Shown piece after piece: positions 52,552 to 64,000 of a stretch of 64,000 nucleotides of DNA. The notes under the pieces were generated by a model. It made no database searches. It worked only from the letters and a program-made list of their open reading frames with translations, and was not told the origin of the DNA. The position numbers and the translations under genes were made by a program. Location of the stretch: positions 16,616,001-16,680,000 of the forward strand of contig OZ260665.1 of assembly GCA_965285935.1 (NCBI GenBank), in the 5' to 3' direction. The stretch's first letter is position 1. The number at the start of each line of letters is the position of its first letter. The DNA is from Ophelia neglecta (taxonomy: Eukaryota).

Positions 52552-53787
52552 AAAGGTTCTATGGAAGACCCCGTTCTATTAACAGTCTACCTAAGTAATC
52601 ACAGGTATAACATGACTTTTCCGACTTTCCCCCGGACTGGTGTAATCCTTGCCTTCCCGGTAATGTATTTCTCTAGAGCTCTGATAGGATGTCTGGCCCG
52701 TGTCCGGTCCCCCTGTCCCTGGGTATAATTAACCGCGCCCCTCGGGTGCGTGTCTGCCCCGAGGCCTGAGTGATTATGGCCCGGGCTAGGACCCCACCCG
52801 CCCCATCCCTGCCCTCTCCATCCCCTTCCCCAAGCCACAGTCTAACGGCTCCTCGATTAGCTTCGTTTACCTGCGGGGTCGGTTCCACGTATATCCCACT
52901 GGCAACTAGCAATTAATTCGGGCCGCATTAGAAACGATATATTTATAAGAATGATCGCCCCTGATCTTCACCTGACAGGCAATATATAAAAGGAATATGT
53001 TTAGAGGAAACATACAGCTGAGGTCGGAGCAAATTGGACTGCGTAGGGAGGGGTATTAAGACATTGGTACTATTGACGCCGGATCCATAGCCCATCCCTG
53101 AAAGAGGCCGAAAGGACATTGTTTTACTTAACTTGGGTAATTATGATCTTTCTTATTAAAGCTGTCAAAGGTCTAGGAACAAATTGCGATTCTGTGAAGT
53201 TCCCCTATTTTCGTCCACCAGACGCTCTTTTAGATTTTTCGGCGTTAATGATACCCAATTCCTGCAGGAGACACCCACCCCACCCTCCCCTCTCTCCAAA
53301 TCCCTCTGGCAGGGGACACTCGCCCCAAGCCCTCTCCTGAGCAATATGCCCCCCTGAGCTCTTGTGGCAGGAGACACCAATCCCACAGCCCCTCCGGAAG
53401 GAGACACCATCGCTCACCGCCCCGCCCTATCTAGGGCATCTTGGAGACCCCAATGTCGCCCCATCGAATCACTCATATCTTTTTAAGTCAAAGAAACTCG
53501 GTTATATTGTTATTTAGGTCAGAGTTCTGTCTGGGGAACGCAGTGATTTGATAAACAGTAAAAACGATCATTCTGTATGTGTACAGCGGTGACGTCCTAC
53601 GATAGATATGACCAGTGAGGAGCTGGCTTCTCCAGACTCACGCCAGGGACCATTCAGTTCTCACTCTCATCCACGTATAAGCTGAGCGAGCAAATGAAAA
53701 AAGGCAATATAAAACAGAGGTTTGATAAGTCAGGTCTAAACATCAGTAAAACCAGTTTTAACGGCTTACAGAGCTAACAGGGAGCAA

Positions 53788-53799
53788 TGCGCATGCGCA
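53788..53799. promoter_or_regulatory. Perfect NRF1/P3A2/Ewg palindromic site
   Basis: tgcgcatgcgca; motif match only, no transcript evidence. Confidence 0.3.
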
Positions 53800-54689
53800 C
53801 TTTAACCTCCGTAGTTCTCATAAATCCGAAATTACATCAAGAAAATCGATTTTCGCTGAGAAAGCTAATTATAGACATGATTCTTAACAAGAGAAGTCGA
53901 GGGGTGAGTTTTTTTGGCAGAACGCAGTGTATGGCGCGAGCTTACGCTGGTTGTAGCACCTCTGGGTCCCGAGCAGTTAACTCGGGCTGTTGCTCCATCG
54001 ACTGTATCCCTTTATCTTTCGGAATTCCGATGAATTCTGAATGAAGTTTTTTACCAGGTGCCTGGACTGGCAGCTGCTAGGAATCTACTCGTTAACTCTG
54101 GAGTTTATCGTCAACAACATACAACTCGCGCGAAAGGATCGGGAGAACGATTTACCCCGACCCCTGGGGTGGCTGCCCCTTGGAGGGAGCGGAGGGGACC
54201 GGGAAGGGGCCGAGGGTGACTGCCGCCGCGTAGAAGGAGCAGGGAGGGAGCCCGGGGGGTGGTTAAAGTATATTAAATAGTCTACCATCTGTTACCGGCG
54301 CGCTACACGCTAGCCACGATGCCTATTTTGGGATGACTTGGCCGTATTTTTAACTCTTACAAATCATTCCACGAGCCATAAATCTTAGTTTTTTGTGTTG
54401 TTTATTGAATGTCCTGGGGCTGTGTCAGGCGGGTATGGGGGGAGTAACCCGGGGGTGTCGGGGTGTGCTCATTAGATACGGCCCTCGTCTATCAGACTCC
54501 ACGGTGGCTGGGTCTGCTTTGGATTATTTTGGGGTGGCCAAGCACTGGGACATTTTACCCCACAAATTGTCCCAGCGAGCGTTGGTTGTCTAGGCCTTAA
54601 TGGTGCAATAACTCCCCACAAACACATCTTAGACCACTGATACCCCCGGGGTAGCCCCATTACCCCTCTCTGCTCGACGAGAGATATAT

Positions 54690-54840
54690 CGATAAGCCTT
54701 ATTTCGCGCGATAAACATCCTTATTCCACGCAGTAAACAGCCTTATTCCGCACGATAAGCCTTATTCCACGCAGTAAACAGCCTTATTCCACGCAGGGAA
54801 CAGCCTTACTCCGCGCGATAATCCGCTTTATTCCGGAGTA
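54690..54840. repeat. Tandem ~20-bp units of the ttattccgcgca family
   Basis: gccttattcc(a/g)cgcagtaaaca-like units, about 7 copies. Confidence 0.8.
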
Positions 54841-55000
54841 AACCTATGACCAGCGGGAAAATACACGATGCGCGATGATTACCCGACCTAGCCCTATTGT
54901 AGCGGAGTAACCCTGCCCTGGCCCCTGTCAAGTCCGTCGACCTGTCTATCCACACGGGGACCATGGGTTTCTTCCGTAGATTTCCGCGAAGGACCCCCTG

Positions 55001-55225
55001 GCCCCGGCATCTGGATATGGTCTTAAAATCTTAATCGGATTAAAATGCTTAATCTGTCTTAATTTGCTAATCGGGGTATCTGGAAGCTGGATTTGGTCTT
55101 AAACCTGGACATTTTGGTCTTAAACTTAATCCCGGTCAATGGAAACTCTGATTAAATCGGTCTTACCTAGTCAGTTGTCCACTAATCTAATACCACAACT
55201 TATGACCGGTTCCTAAAGCTGGCCC
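55001..55225. mobile_element. PIF/Harbinger-like MITE
   Basis: ctg|gccccggcatctgga ... ttcctaaagctggccc|ctg: imperfect TIR with a 3-bp CTG direct flank; homologous to 25989-26225. Confidence 0.65.
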
Positions 55226-58200
55226 CTGGGGGCTGGGGACCCTGTATGCCACTCCCTCCATCCCCCCCCCCCTTTACATCTGTGCCTTTTAGATGCACCC
55301 TGAAAACTCCTGTAGAATTTGAAATAAAAAATAACTATTAAATTTCCATCTTTGCTAGGTTATAATAATTAAAGTTGTTCTCATACAATATTTGGAGGCG
55401 TATGTGTGTGTGTGTGGGTGCGGGGGGGGGGGTATGTCATTTTTTGGGGAGGACAAAAATTTGGGAGGGAAGAAACCGAGTACTCACTGGCATAATATTA
55501 GAATTAGGGTTAAAACCCTAGGGGGCCATATCAAAAGAGACCAAAGCCGCACAAGGCAGCGATCATGTACGAGTGTTTTGAGGCCTGTCGGACTGGCCGT
55601 GAGAACGCTGGTCCCTGGTGAGATAGACTCTCGCCAGGCGAGGAGTGAAGATCCCAAACCTATTGTAAAAATCAGCATCCAGCTTCTAGATCACATGACT
55701 CCTAATGTCTGTCACTCGTCGAACATTCGGACCTCAACATTAAGTAAAACTTCCTGGAAGACATTCCCACGATCCTTTGGGCGCGTGACGTCAGATAAAG
55801 TGGTTCTCGTTGTCGGATGAGACCGAATCACGGCATGGCGGACGGCCCGGTGCGCGAGACATGGCCCGCAATTCGAATTAATCCGCATTTTCTCACTTTT
55901 TGTGATTGTTTAAGCCTGATGTGTTGTTAGCCCTGTGCCCGCTGAGTATGGTCTGCCCATAACACACACGAAGCTGCCAACACAGGGATGCATAATTCAA
56001 ATCGACCTCGCCCCCTAGGAACACCGGGCCAGGGACTCGGGCGATTTCCGAGGCATAACTCGTAAATCCCGTGACACCGCTCGTAAACTCGCGTAATCTC
56101 GCGTACAACGAGGGTACATGAACGCAGGTATATGTCGGATCAACCGATTTACCGTCACGGACCGTTGCGTGTCAGCCGGGACCTCGGCCGGAGAAGTCAC
56201 TTGCAGGCGGAGGGATCACGGTGAGTGACACGGCCGGATTACTACGCAGGGCACGCGTACTACTCCAAGGTGACCTTGAGGTCAGAGTAACGTTCTCATT
56301 AGCCGAGGAATCAAGGAAAACGATAGTAAACAGTAGATTAGGCGGTTCTAACGGGATATGAAACCAACGCTGCTGGCCCGCCATTATGGGGCAGCACACT
56401 TACATGTAGGCTATAAGCCTAGTATTTACTACAAGCACGTATTTAAACCAAACCACAGTCACAGGCATAACCGGGCGACTTATTTTTAAACACAAAAACA
56501 CACATTAACCCAATTCTTAGCTAGTGTGTTATTACAGAAAACCACAGCTAGAAATGGTGTATTACTTAAATATTGAGACAAGTCTTTAAATTGAAGCAGT
56601 CTGTTACCATATAGGTCTAATGGGTACCGCACAAAGCAGTCACTCGATATTAAACTTTCAAAGCGTCATTCTACAACGCTACCGTGTCGCAGGAATATCT
56701 GAAGTTTGTGTTTTAACGGTTCTGGTTGTGTTTAGAGGGTTTGGGACGAGTGTTGGACCCCCTTTTTGGGACAGCACTCGCCCAGAAGTTCTCTCTAAAG
56801 GCGCCACTGACAGAGCTTTACGGTCAAGAGGTCAAGCCCCGAATCCCCTCGCTAGAAGGGCACTCTCATTTCACAACATTTAAGCCCCAGTCCCCTACTG
56901 GGAGAGCACATCCAGCCAACGTCCTCCCCAGACTCCCCCTGGCAGGGCAAGTCCACTCCACGCCCCCCCCCCCCCCCCCAGCCTCCAACTGTGAGGGAAC
57001 ACCCTCCCCAAAACCTGCCTCTGGAAGGGCCACCCGTCCCACACCCTCTTAGCCCCAAGACCCCCACCTGGGAAGTCTCATCCGACCCAAACCCCTCCAA
57101 GGAAAATGCACCTACCCCTCACCACCTGGTTGTCCTATATAGTGATACTATCAAACCAGGACCACTATAGCTATATAATTATAGGCTGAAAAACGACATT
57201 TACAAATCACACTATTTCTTCATCATAGCAAGCACGATGTTCATATAAGACTAAGGCAGAGAAAGGATAAATCCTTTTTAACATTAAAAAAATATTTTAT
57301 ATCCAACGTTCCATACCTTAATCCTGTATTGATAGAACAAAGGCTTAAATTGGTCATGTATTAGCCGAAAGTTAACCCAACAGGAATAATAATTAGTTAA
57401 AACTGTGCGAGATAATATAATTTATTTATTGGACTTTGCTCCTGTATTCAATGTATAAGTCGCTGCATTTTAACAAAATAATTGTGTAAGAGGCTAACAA
57501 GTTGATTGACTTACTGAATTTCACTGCGTTGGTACAAGTTTAACCATGCTCGTTGTCTAAAATTAAACAAAAGATAAAATCAAATAAAACAGCTAAGCAG
57601 GAAAACTTCTAAGTGTTTTAAACTGTGCCAAATAGTTCACTGCCAGTCAACTTAACTGGTCACTGACAAGCATTTTTCTTCAGATCGCTGTGTGCGAGTG
57701 CCACACGCTTTGAATTTGAGAAGACTATCGAAATCGTGTTTTTGAATATTTTCTCTAAAACACCGGAAGTGGGGTGTAGATATAGCGAAGTCTCTAGTGC
57801 CGAAGGTGACATTGATTTATGTCAGGAGATACTGACGGCTTGAATTGTACTTATCTGTCTAAAAAGGAAAAGAAATCACTTTCAGATTTCTAACTCAGCA
57901 TTCCATTCAATATCCGCTTTCCAACTTTATCTGACCCAGCTATTCACTGAAAAAAGTATTTCCTACTAAAGTAACAAGTTCTAACTGTTCATCTTTGTTT
58001 TGACTTTTGACATTTATTTATAACACAAAGGTCCTATGTGTAGGTCTTTAAAATACATGTCAATGATTTGAATTAGGAATACAATTTATCAGTATAATAA
58101 TCTACAAAAATAAATATGCGTTAGGGCAATTTATTAATAAATGTCTTATATTTATTGATTTTTGGTGTCAAGCTATTTCGTTGTTGGGGAAAACAGTAAT

Positions 58201-59214
58201 TGTTGATTTCGAACCGGCAGTTAGTCAGGGAGCAGACGACATTTCTGTGTGATTGGCGTTCTGGTTACCAGGTGGCACCACTAACAAGGCCCGGGCTGCT
58301 TTCACTCCACACAGTACAGTCGTTTCAGGGCGGAACCGCTCGGAGAAGGACGCCAGAATCATTAGTATATCACCGGTACCGAGGCCCCTGCTCACAGATG
58401 TCAACGGGCAACAAATGTCTATCTATTTAATATCTCTCGACTCCGATTAAAGACCACACGCTTCGACACAGCCCTGGAATTCTTCTCCCTGGATTGACTT
58501 CGTGAATATCCGAGACCTAATCGTGCGTTTACGCCACCAAAGACCATCAGAAAACAAACAACTCTATTGTATACGGACATCTGGTGGGAGAAGATTTGAA
58601 ATAATCAATTTCGAGTTTTGAACTTCTTAAAAATAGCAATAAACAGGTATTGTTTGCATTGAAATCCAATTTATTTTAGTTTTCACTAAGCAAATAAAAT
58701 AGCAGACGACATTTCTGCGACATGACTGCGGTCTGCTAGCTGCACGGCCGTACAGTTGTAGTTGGTAGATATTTGCAATGTGTTTTATCTTGCAATCTTA
58801 GTGCTATCGAGTTACCCCGCGATGTGGTGCATATAGAAACCTTAGCCCTGGTGTCATGGAAGAGAGGCCCCCAGCTCCGACTGAGGGCTAAGGTCGGCCC
58901 TACCCCGCCACTACACGGGACTCTAAGACTGCGCCAAACGACAGCCACCGTTTTTTACAAGTACTCTCTTGATAAGAGGTCGCACAGTCTCGCTCTCTTT
59001 GTTTGTTAAACAAAAACCGGTTTGAACTTTGTGCGGTGTTTGAGGCCTAGCAGCCGAGTTTGGCTGGCGGAGGGGATAGGGCAGAACTATGAAAACCGCA
59101 TCCATTACTTGAATCCTTCCAACAGGCCGTCCTGGCAGCGAAATAATCAGAGGGGCTTTAAAATGTGGTTAAACCAGACATTTGAGAAGGTGAATGGCAA
59201 GAGAACTATAGGTA

Positions 59215-59340
59215 TAGTCGGCTATTTCCGCACATCGTCTAATTTCGCGCAGTAAGTAGTTTTATTCCACGCACAATATGAAAAATGCTTGCCATTACAC
59301 TGTGCGCGAAATTAGCTCACTTCCTTCTCGAATTTAGCCC
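59215..59340. repeat. Copy of the ttattccgcgca repeat family
   Basis: Reverse-complement similarity to 17620-17755, without the palindromic arm. Confidence 0.7.
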
Positions 59341-59579
59341 TAGTCTGAGCGGCATTTGACGCCTTTTGCGGGCAATTAAACTACGGATGAAATAACTCGA
59401 TTTTACCCCACAAGCCAGTATCTCACTTTATCGATAAAACACACAAGAATAGAGATGAAATAGAGAAGATGTTGCGATGAAAATCAAGTATTTTGTTTTA
59501 TATTATCTTAGCAAGAGAAATATTATTCAAATAGCCGATGAATAATTGTTATGTCAGCATTAACCCTTTAAATAGACCA

Positions 59580-59757
59580 CAGTAAAACCTTCCTTAAAGA
59601 CCTCCTCTATATTCAGCCCACCTCTATATTCAGACCACACATCAGAAGACCATACTGTATACTTTAAATGTAAAATAAGCTGTCTAAACAGACCACCTCC
59701 AAAATCAGACCAGTATTTCGCAGTACATTGGATGGTCTCATTTTACAGGTTTCACTG
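59580..59757. mobile_element. MITE family 1, diverged
   Basis: cagtaaaaccttccttaaagacc ... caggtttcactg; 178 bp; flanks read CA/CA rather than TA. Confidence 0.88.
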
Positions 59758-62700
59758 CACCTTTAAACATAAAACTTTGTATATATAAACCAAATGTTAA
59801 GCCTTAAGTATACAAAACCTTTTAAATTTAAGCATTTAATTCTTTCCATTCGCCTACCACGTTTTATACAATGTCACATAGACTCGTTTTGATATTTGCC
59901 TGTAAAAGCTACCGTAATATCTATACTATCCACTATTTACACGTAAATACATTTATATTATGTATACGATTTTACAATTATGCCTATTGCGCGTGCTATA
60001 ACGGTCTTTATCAAATACCTATTTTACATATTTCTATGAGAGCTTCACACCTTGTGTAACAGGTTAGAGCCAAATAGATATGTTATTTTGCGAAATACTC
60101 TTAATTTCACATTACAGCCAAATACCTAATATATTGATACATGTAATTTGACAAATGATTATTTTCTGACAGGAGTGGTATAGAGACCGCTGGCTGCATT
60201 CCACGATGTGACCGTTTTTTGTCAGGTATCTTCTAGAAAATAGGGCGAATTATTTCTTCTCTAGATCTGTACCCCTTGCCTGCGCATGACGAACGCTGTC
60301 GACCCCTTCACTCACTAGTATCAGACATTTTTTTAGCCAAAAACTCCTGACAAATTGCGCTTGGGGTTGAGTTGACAGACCAAAATACCCAGTGTAAACT
60401 GCCGAGTATGCTGGAGTTAACTTGGGGAACAACAGAGAAGGACAAAGGTTTGTATTCTTTTGACGGGCTAAATGTCCGCTCTATCTAAATTCCTGTCACC
60501 CATGACATTAGATTGAGACACAGAGTCCGGATCAATTATTCTTGTTTTACCAAAACGCCGGCCTTAAGAGCTACCGCCACTTTCCTACTGAAGTAGCCAT
60601 TACAGAATATTTCAGCGAGACTTTAAATCGTTTGACATCTTGTTATAAAATCACTGGTGCGCTTGTTGAATCTTTTGTCACCCGTAAACCAAAGAAAAAT
60701 GTTTCCGCCCCCACTAAGTGTACTCACAAAGAATCGTCAAAACGGCATTCTTTGTGAGATTCTGTACAATAGACCATGAAAATTAAGGCCTTCTAATGAA
60801 TGAATTTTGGTGCTCAGATGCATCACATTGACATTTTATCAACCACAAATGAACTTGTCCATAAACTCGTATCTGTACTGCGATTTGGTCTATTTTTCTG
60901 ATTGCGGTATCAATAATACTGCCTGTAACATTTATGTGAATCGATTCTCCGAGTGCTCGACGGTGATTCAAACTACTTTCAGGCATGCAGACACGCCCTC
61001 AGGCGGTCAAATTATGAATCACCAGGAAATGCACGCCATAAAAATCTCTTGACTCTTGTGCTACGAGGCAGCTTGTCTCAGACTTGTATCCGACAATGGT
61101 AAAACTAAGAACATATTGTCCTGCACAATTAAACCAACACGTACTCCCACTTAGGCCTACAGCGAGTTGGTGATGCCTCCAGATAACGTGGAAAAATACA
61201 CCAACAGACTTCGCTAAAGGGTTACCCCACGTTAAGAACTGCATCTTTCCTCCAAAACCCGAAATGAAAGTAGGCCCATTGTCTCTATCAGTGGCTGATC
61301 CGTCTAGAACCGAAGTTAATCAATTAGAAATCATATTTCTGGTGTCAAACAAGCGAAGAAGGAGGGTATTTTTGTGCATATTGTCCAATATTTACTAAAA
61401 TACTCCTGGATGATTTTTTTCTAATCCAATTGCTTGTGCACGTCGTTCCTGACGACCAGATATTAATGTGGAGAGCTTACAATTGGACCAAAGCTTTCTC
61501 GATCCTGAACCTGAGTTTTTAATAGACCAACCCGTTAACAAATGAATTCAATATATCAGGTTTTTGTATCTAGATCTTTGGTTTGCCCCGAGGGCACGGC
61601 GGTGGTGTCATTAGAGCCAAAGTGAGAGGAGAGGAACTGGAGAAAGGCGGAAAGTGTACAAACCAGGCTAGTAATCACCGCTCGATAGAGAACTGTGACA
61701 ATCAGGGACCTTATAATTAGGTTAGCTTGATGAGGGGCATGAAAGGCAGCAAATGTGACAGCTTCTAGCCAAACTGGTAACTTCATTGGGTATCTGGCTC
61801 TTGGAGGTAGGGGGCGGGCGTGGTGGGGGTAGGGGTGGAGATACCTAGAGGGGTAGGGTGCGAGTGGGGACTAGCGGGGGTTGGGTGAGAAAATACCCGG
61901 AGGTTAGGGGGCGGCCGTGGGTAGGGGTGAGCGGGGAGAGCTCTGGGGTAGGGGCGGGCATGCAGGGGTAGGGAGGCAGTCAGGAAGACCCTTGGGGTAG
62001 GGGGCTGGCGGTGGTAGGGAGACAAACTGGGAGACCCCTTAGGGTATAGGGCGGTCGGGGAGATACCCTGGGGCCAGGTGTAGTATTATTCTCGGTTTTG
62101 GGTACGTTTTTTCCCTTCTTGGTTCATATATTGCTCATCGTACGATTGCTGATGTGGTATTCGAGAAATATTTCGGATTGGCGGGGAACGTAAATAAAAA
62201 GACAAAAAAAAACATCAAACCTAACTACGACTCATTTCAGCTGTCTTAGATGGCGACTAGGTTTGTTTCAGTTAATTTCTCTGCCATTTTTAGAGGTATA
62301 TGTCTCACCCAGACCCGAGCTATCCTGAACATATTCGTCGCCTACAGCTGGCCTTCTCTGAGAGGCCGCTTTCACCCTGCTTTACATTGGACAGCACTTC
62401 TAAGTGTAGTGGTTATTAGCAATAAAGTAGTCATCTGTAGTAATAGGACTGATAGGAGTGATAGGACTTGATGGACATTAATTGGGGTGCTTAGAAAGAG
62501 GCAAGGGTTTAAAGTCTCTCGCTTTTCTGTGACTCCAGTCAGAACCCGTAAATTAGCGGCGAAGTCCGGGAGATTGGGGGCAGGCCCGAACAATGGAGGG
62601 ACGTGCCGCCGCGGAGGAGAAACCAGCACCCTCGGGCAGACACACTCCACAGTACTCAATAGATAATCTACTGTCAATTGAGTCATCTAGTCTGAGGCTC

Positions 62701-63364
62701 AGCTAACCGAATAAACTAAACCACATCGTGGACTGTCTGTCAAAGAGCTAGCAAGATTGCTCATGCCTTTGTGAGGTTTGATCAAAACACGAAAGGAAAT
62801 AGCTGGCTGACCTCTGACCTCACACAAATGAGCTTCTGGAAACTGCTGCTTTGACGTCACACCCTGGTAACCGTGTCGTCTGCGGACAGGCCCGCTCTGA
62901 CACGGTTACCTCGGTTACCCACTTGGCTCGGAAGTGGGTGACTTTCTTTCATCCCTGTACTCAGTCATTGGTGCAGAACTAGTCGGTTTTACACTACTTC
63001 ATAGCGCTAGTTGGCCAAAGTGCCACCAGCTGGCGCTACAGACCCTTATGCTCTCCACTCAGCCGAGAAGACAGGCTTTTAAAAACAGAAACATTATCCA
63101 CAAGAGACTACAATTTGTATAAAATGCCTGTAAGATTGTAGATGTTTTCTTCAATGCATGTAATATATGCTACAAGGAATGTCCCGTTCTTTAAGGATAT
63201 AAAGGAAAACCTCTCTTGTAATGTTTCACATCCAGGCTTCATCAGATATGTCCAAATGTTGGCGGAGCATTTTAAAAGTGACTAGGCCTAACCTAACTGG
63301 TTGTTCTGGTCGTTCACTGAGCAGTCTGACGTTCTGATAACAACCCCAGGCCTAAACTACACAC

Positions 63365-63543
63365 GAGGGAGACCTGTGTTCGTGGTCACCTGTGTAATGA
63401 GGTCACCTGTCTACTGAGATCACTTAATAATAGCCCGATCCCCTTTTATAGCTGTGTTGACTGACCTGCCTATTAAGACCACCTGCCAAATATGGTCCGT
63501 TTTCTCAATCCCTTGACTAGCCTTGAATGGACAGGTTTCACTG
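63365..63543. mobile_element. MITE family 2, degenerate left end
   Basis: gagacctgtgttcgtggtcacc ... caggtttcactg|TA. Confidence 0.85.
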
Positions 63544-63687
63544 TATGTAAAATTTTCACTTTCTCCGCACTGTGCTCCTAAACTGTGAATATTTGACGAT
63601 TGGTGTCAAAAATATTCCGTCACTAGTGATATTCTAAATGCCGACTTAATTTTAAAAAGAATGTAATATATTATAATATATATAAAA

Positions 63688-63866
63688 CAGTCAAACTTGT
63701 GTGTGTGGTCACCTCTGTAATACGGTCACCTTCCCACTAAGGTCACAAAATAAAAGCCCAATCCTCATATATGCCTGTGTTAACTGACCTGCCTATTAAG
63801 GTCACCTAAATAATGTGGTCAGTTTTATCCAGTCCCTTGACTGACCTGATTAGACAGGTTTCACTG
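63688..63866. mobile_element. MITE family 2
   Basis: cagtcaaacttgtgtgtgtggtcacc ... caggtttcactg; 179 bp. Confidence 0.88.
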
Positions 63867-64000
63867 TGTATGGGCATTAATGCACAATATATCTAGTCCA
63901 TTTCCTCTAAATGTCTGAATTTTGTTTAATAGGGCAAAGCTATTATATTGATGTTGTCTTTTTAGCTTGTTTAATGTACTGGACTACACTGGGTAATTCT

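Noticed and set aside
60780-61550. Balanced-composition stretch, possibly decayed TE coding sequence (a KLRTY word in one frame)
   Set aside because: Interrupted by stops, with no RT or DDE motif recognisable; needs a tblastx search.

Overview
Animal (invertebrate, probably lophotrochozoan/mollusc-like; inferred from the SINE and MITE types) genomic DNA with no recognisable protein-coding gene, RNA gene or CRISPR array. All long ORFs in the track come from stop-free tandem repeats or low-complexity tracts. The largest structure is a young 5,125-bp non-autonomous Foldback-type transposon (11233-16357) with ~1.65 and ~1.9 kb modular inverted arms and an exact 9-bp target duplication. The window also holds 14 TA-flanked Tc1/mariner-pogo-type MITEs of three related designs, two Harbinger-like MITEs, two CCC-terminated MITEs, a truncated SINE, a 115 x 28-bp satellite, several minisatellites and a ~200-N gap. 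These sit among CpG-rich unique patches and G/C-skewed tracts. Best leads: the foldback architecture, a dispersed GCAGACGAC motif far above chance, an exact 68-bp inverted copy inside a TACA..TGTA excision-like scar, excess TA-NNNN-TA palindromes, and concerted replacement of the repeated internal motif between MITE families. All counts and alignments were made by eye.
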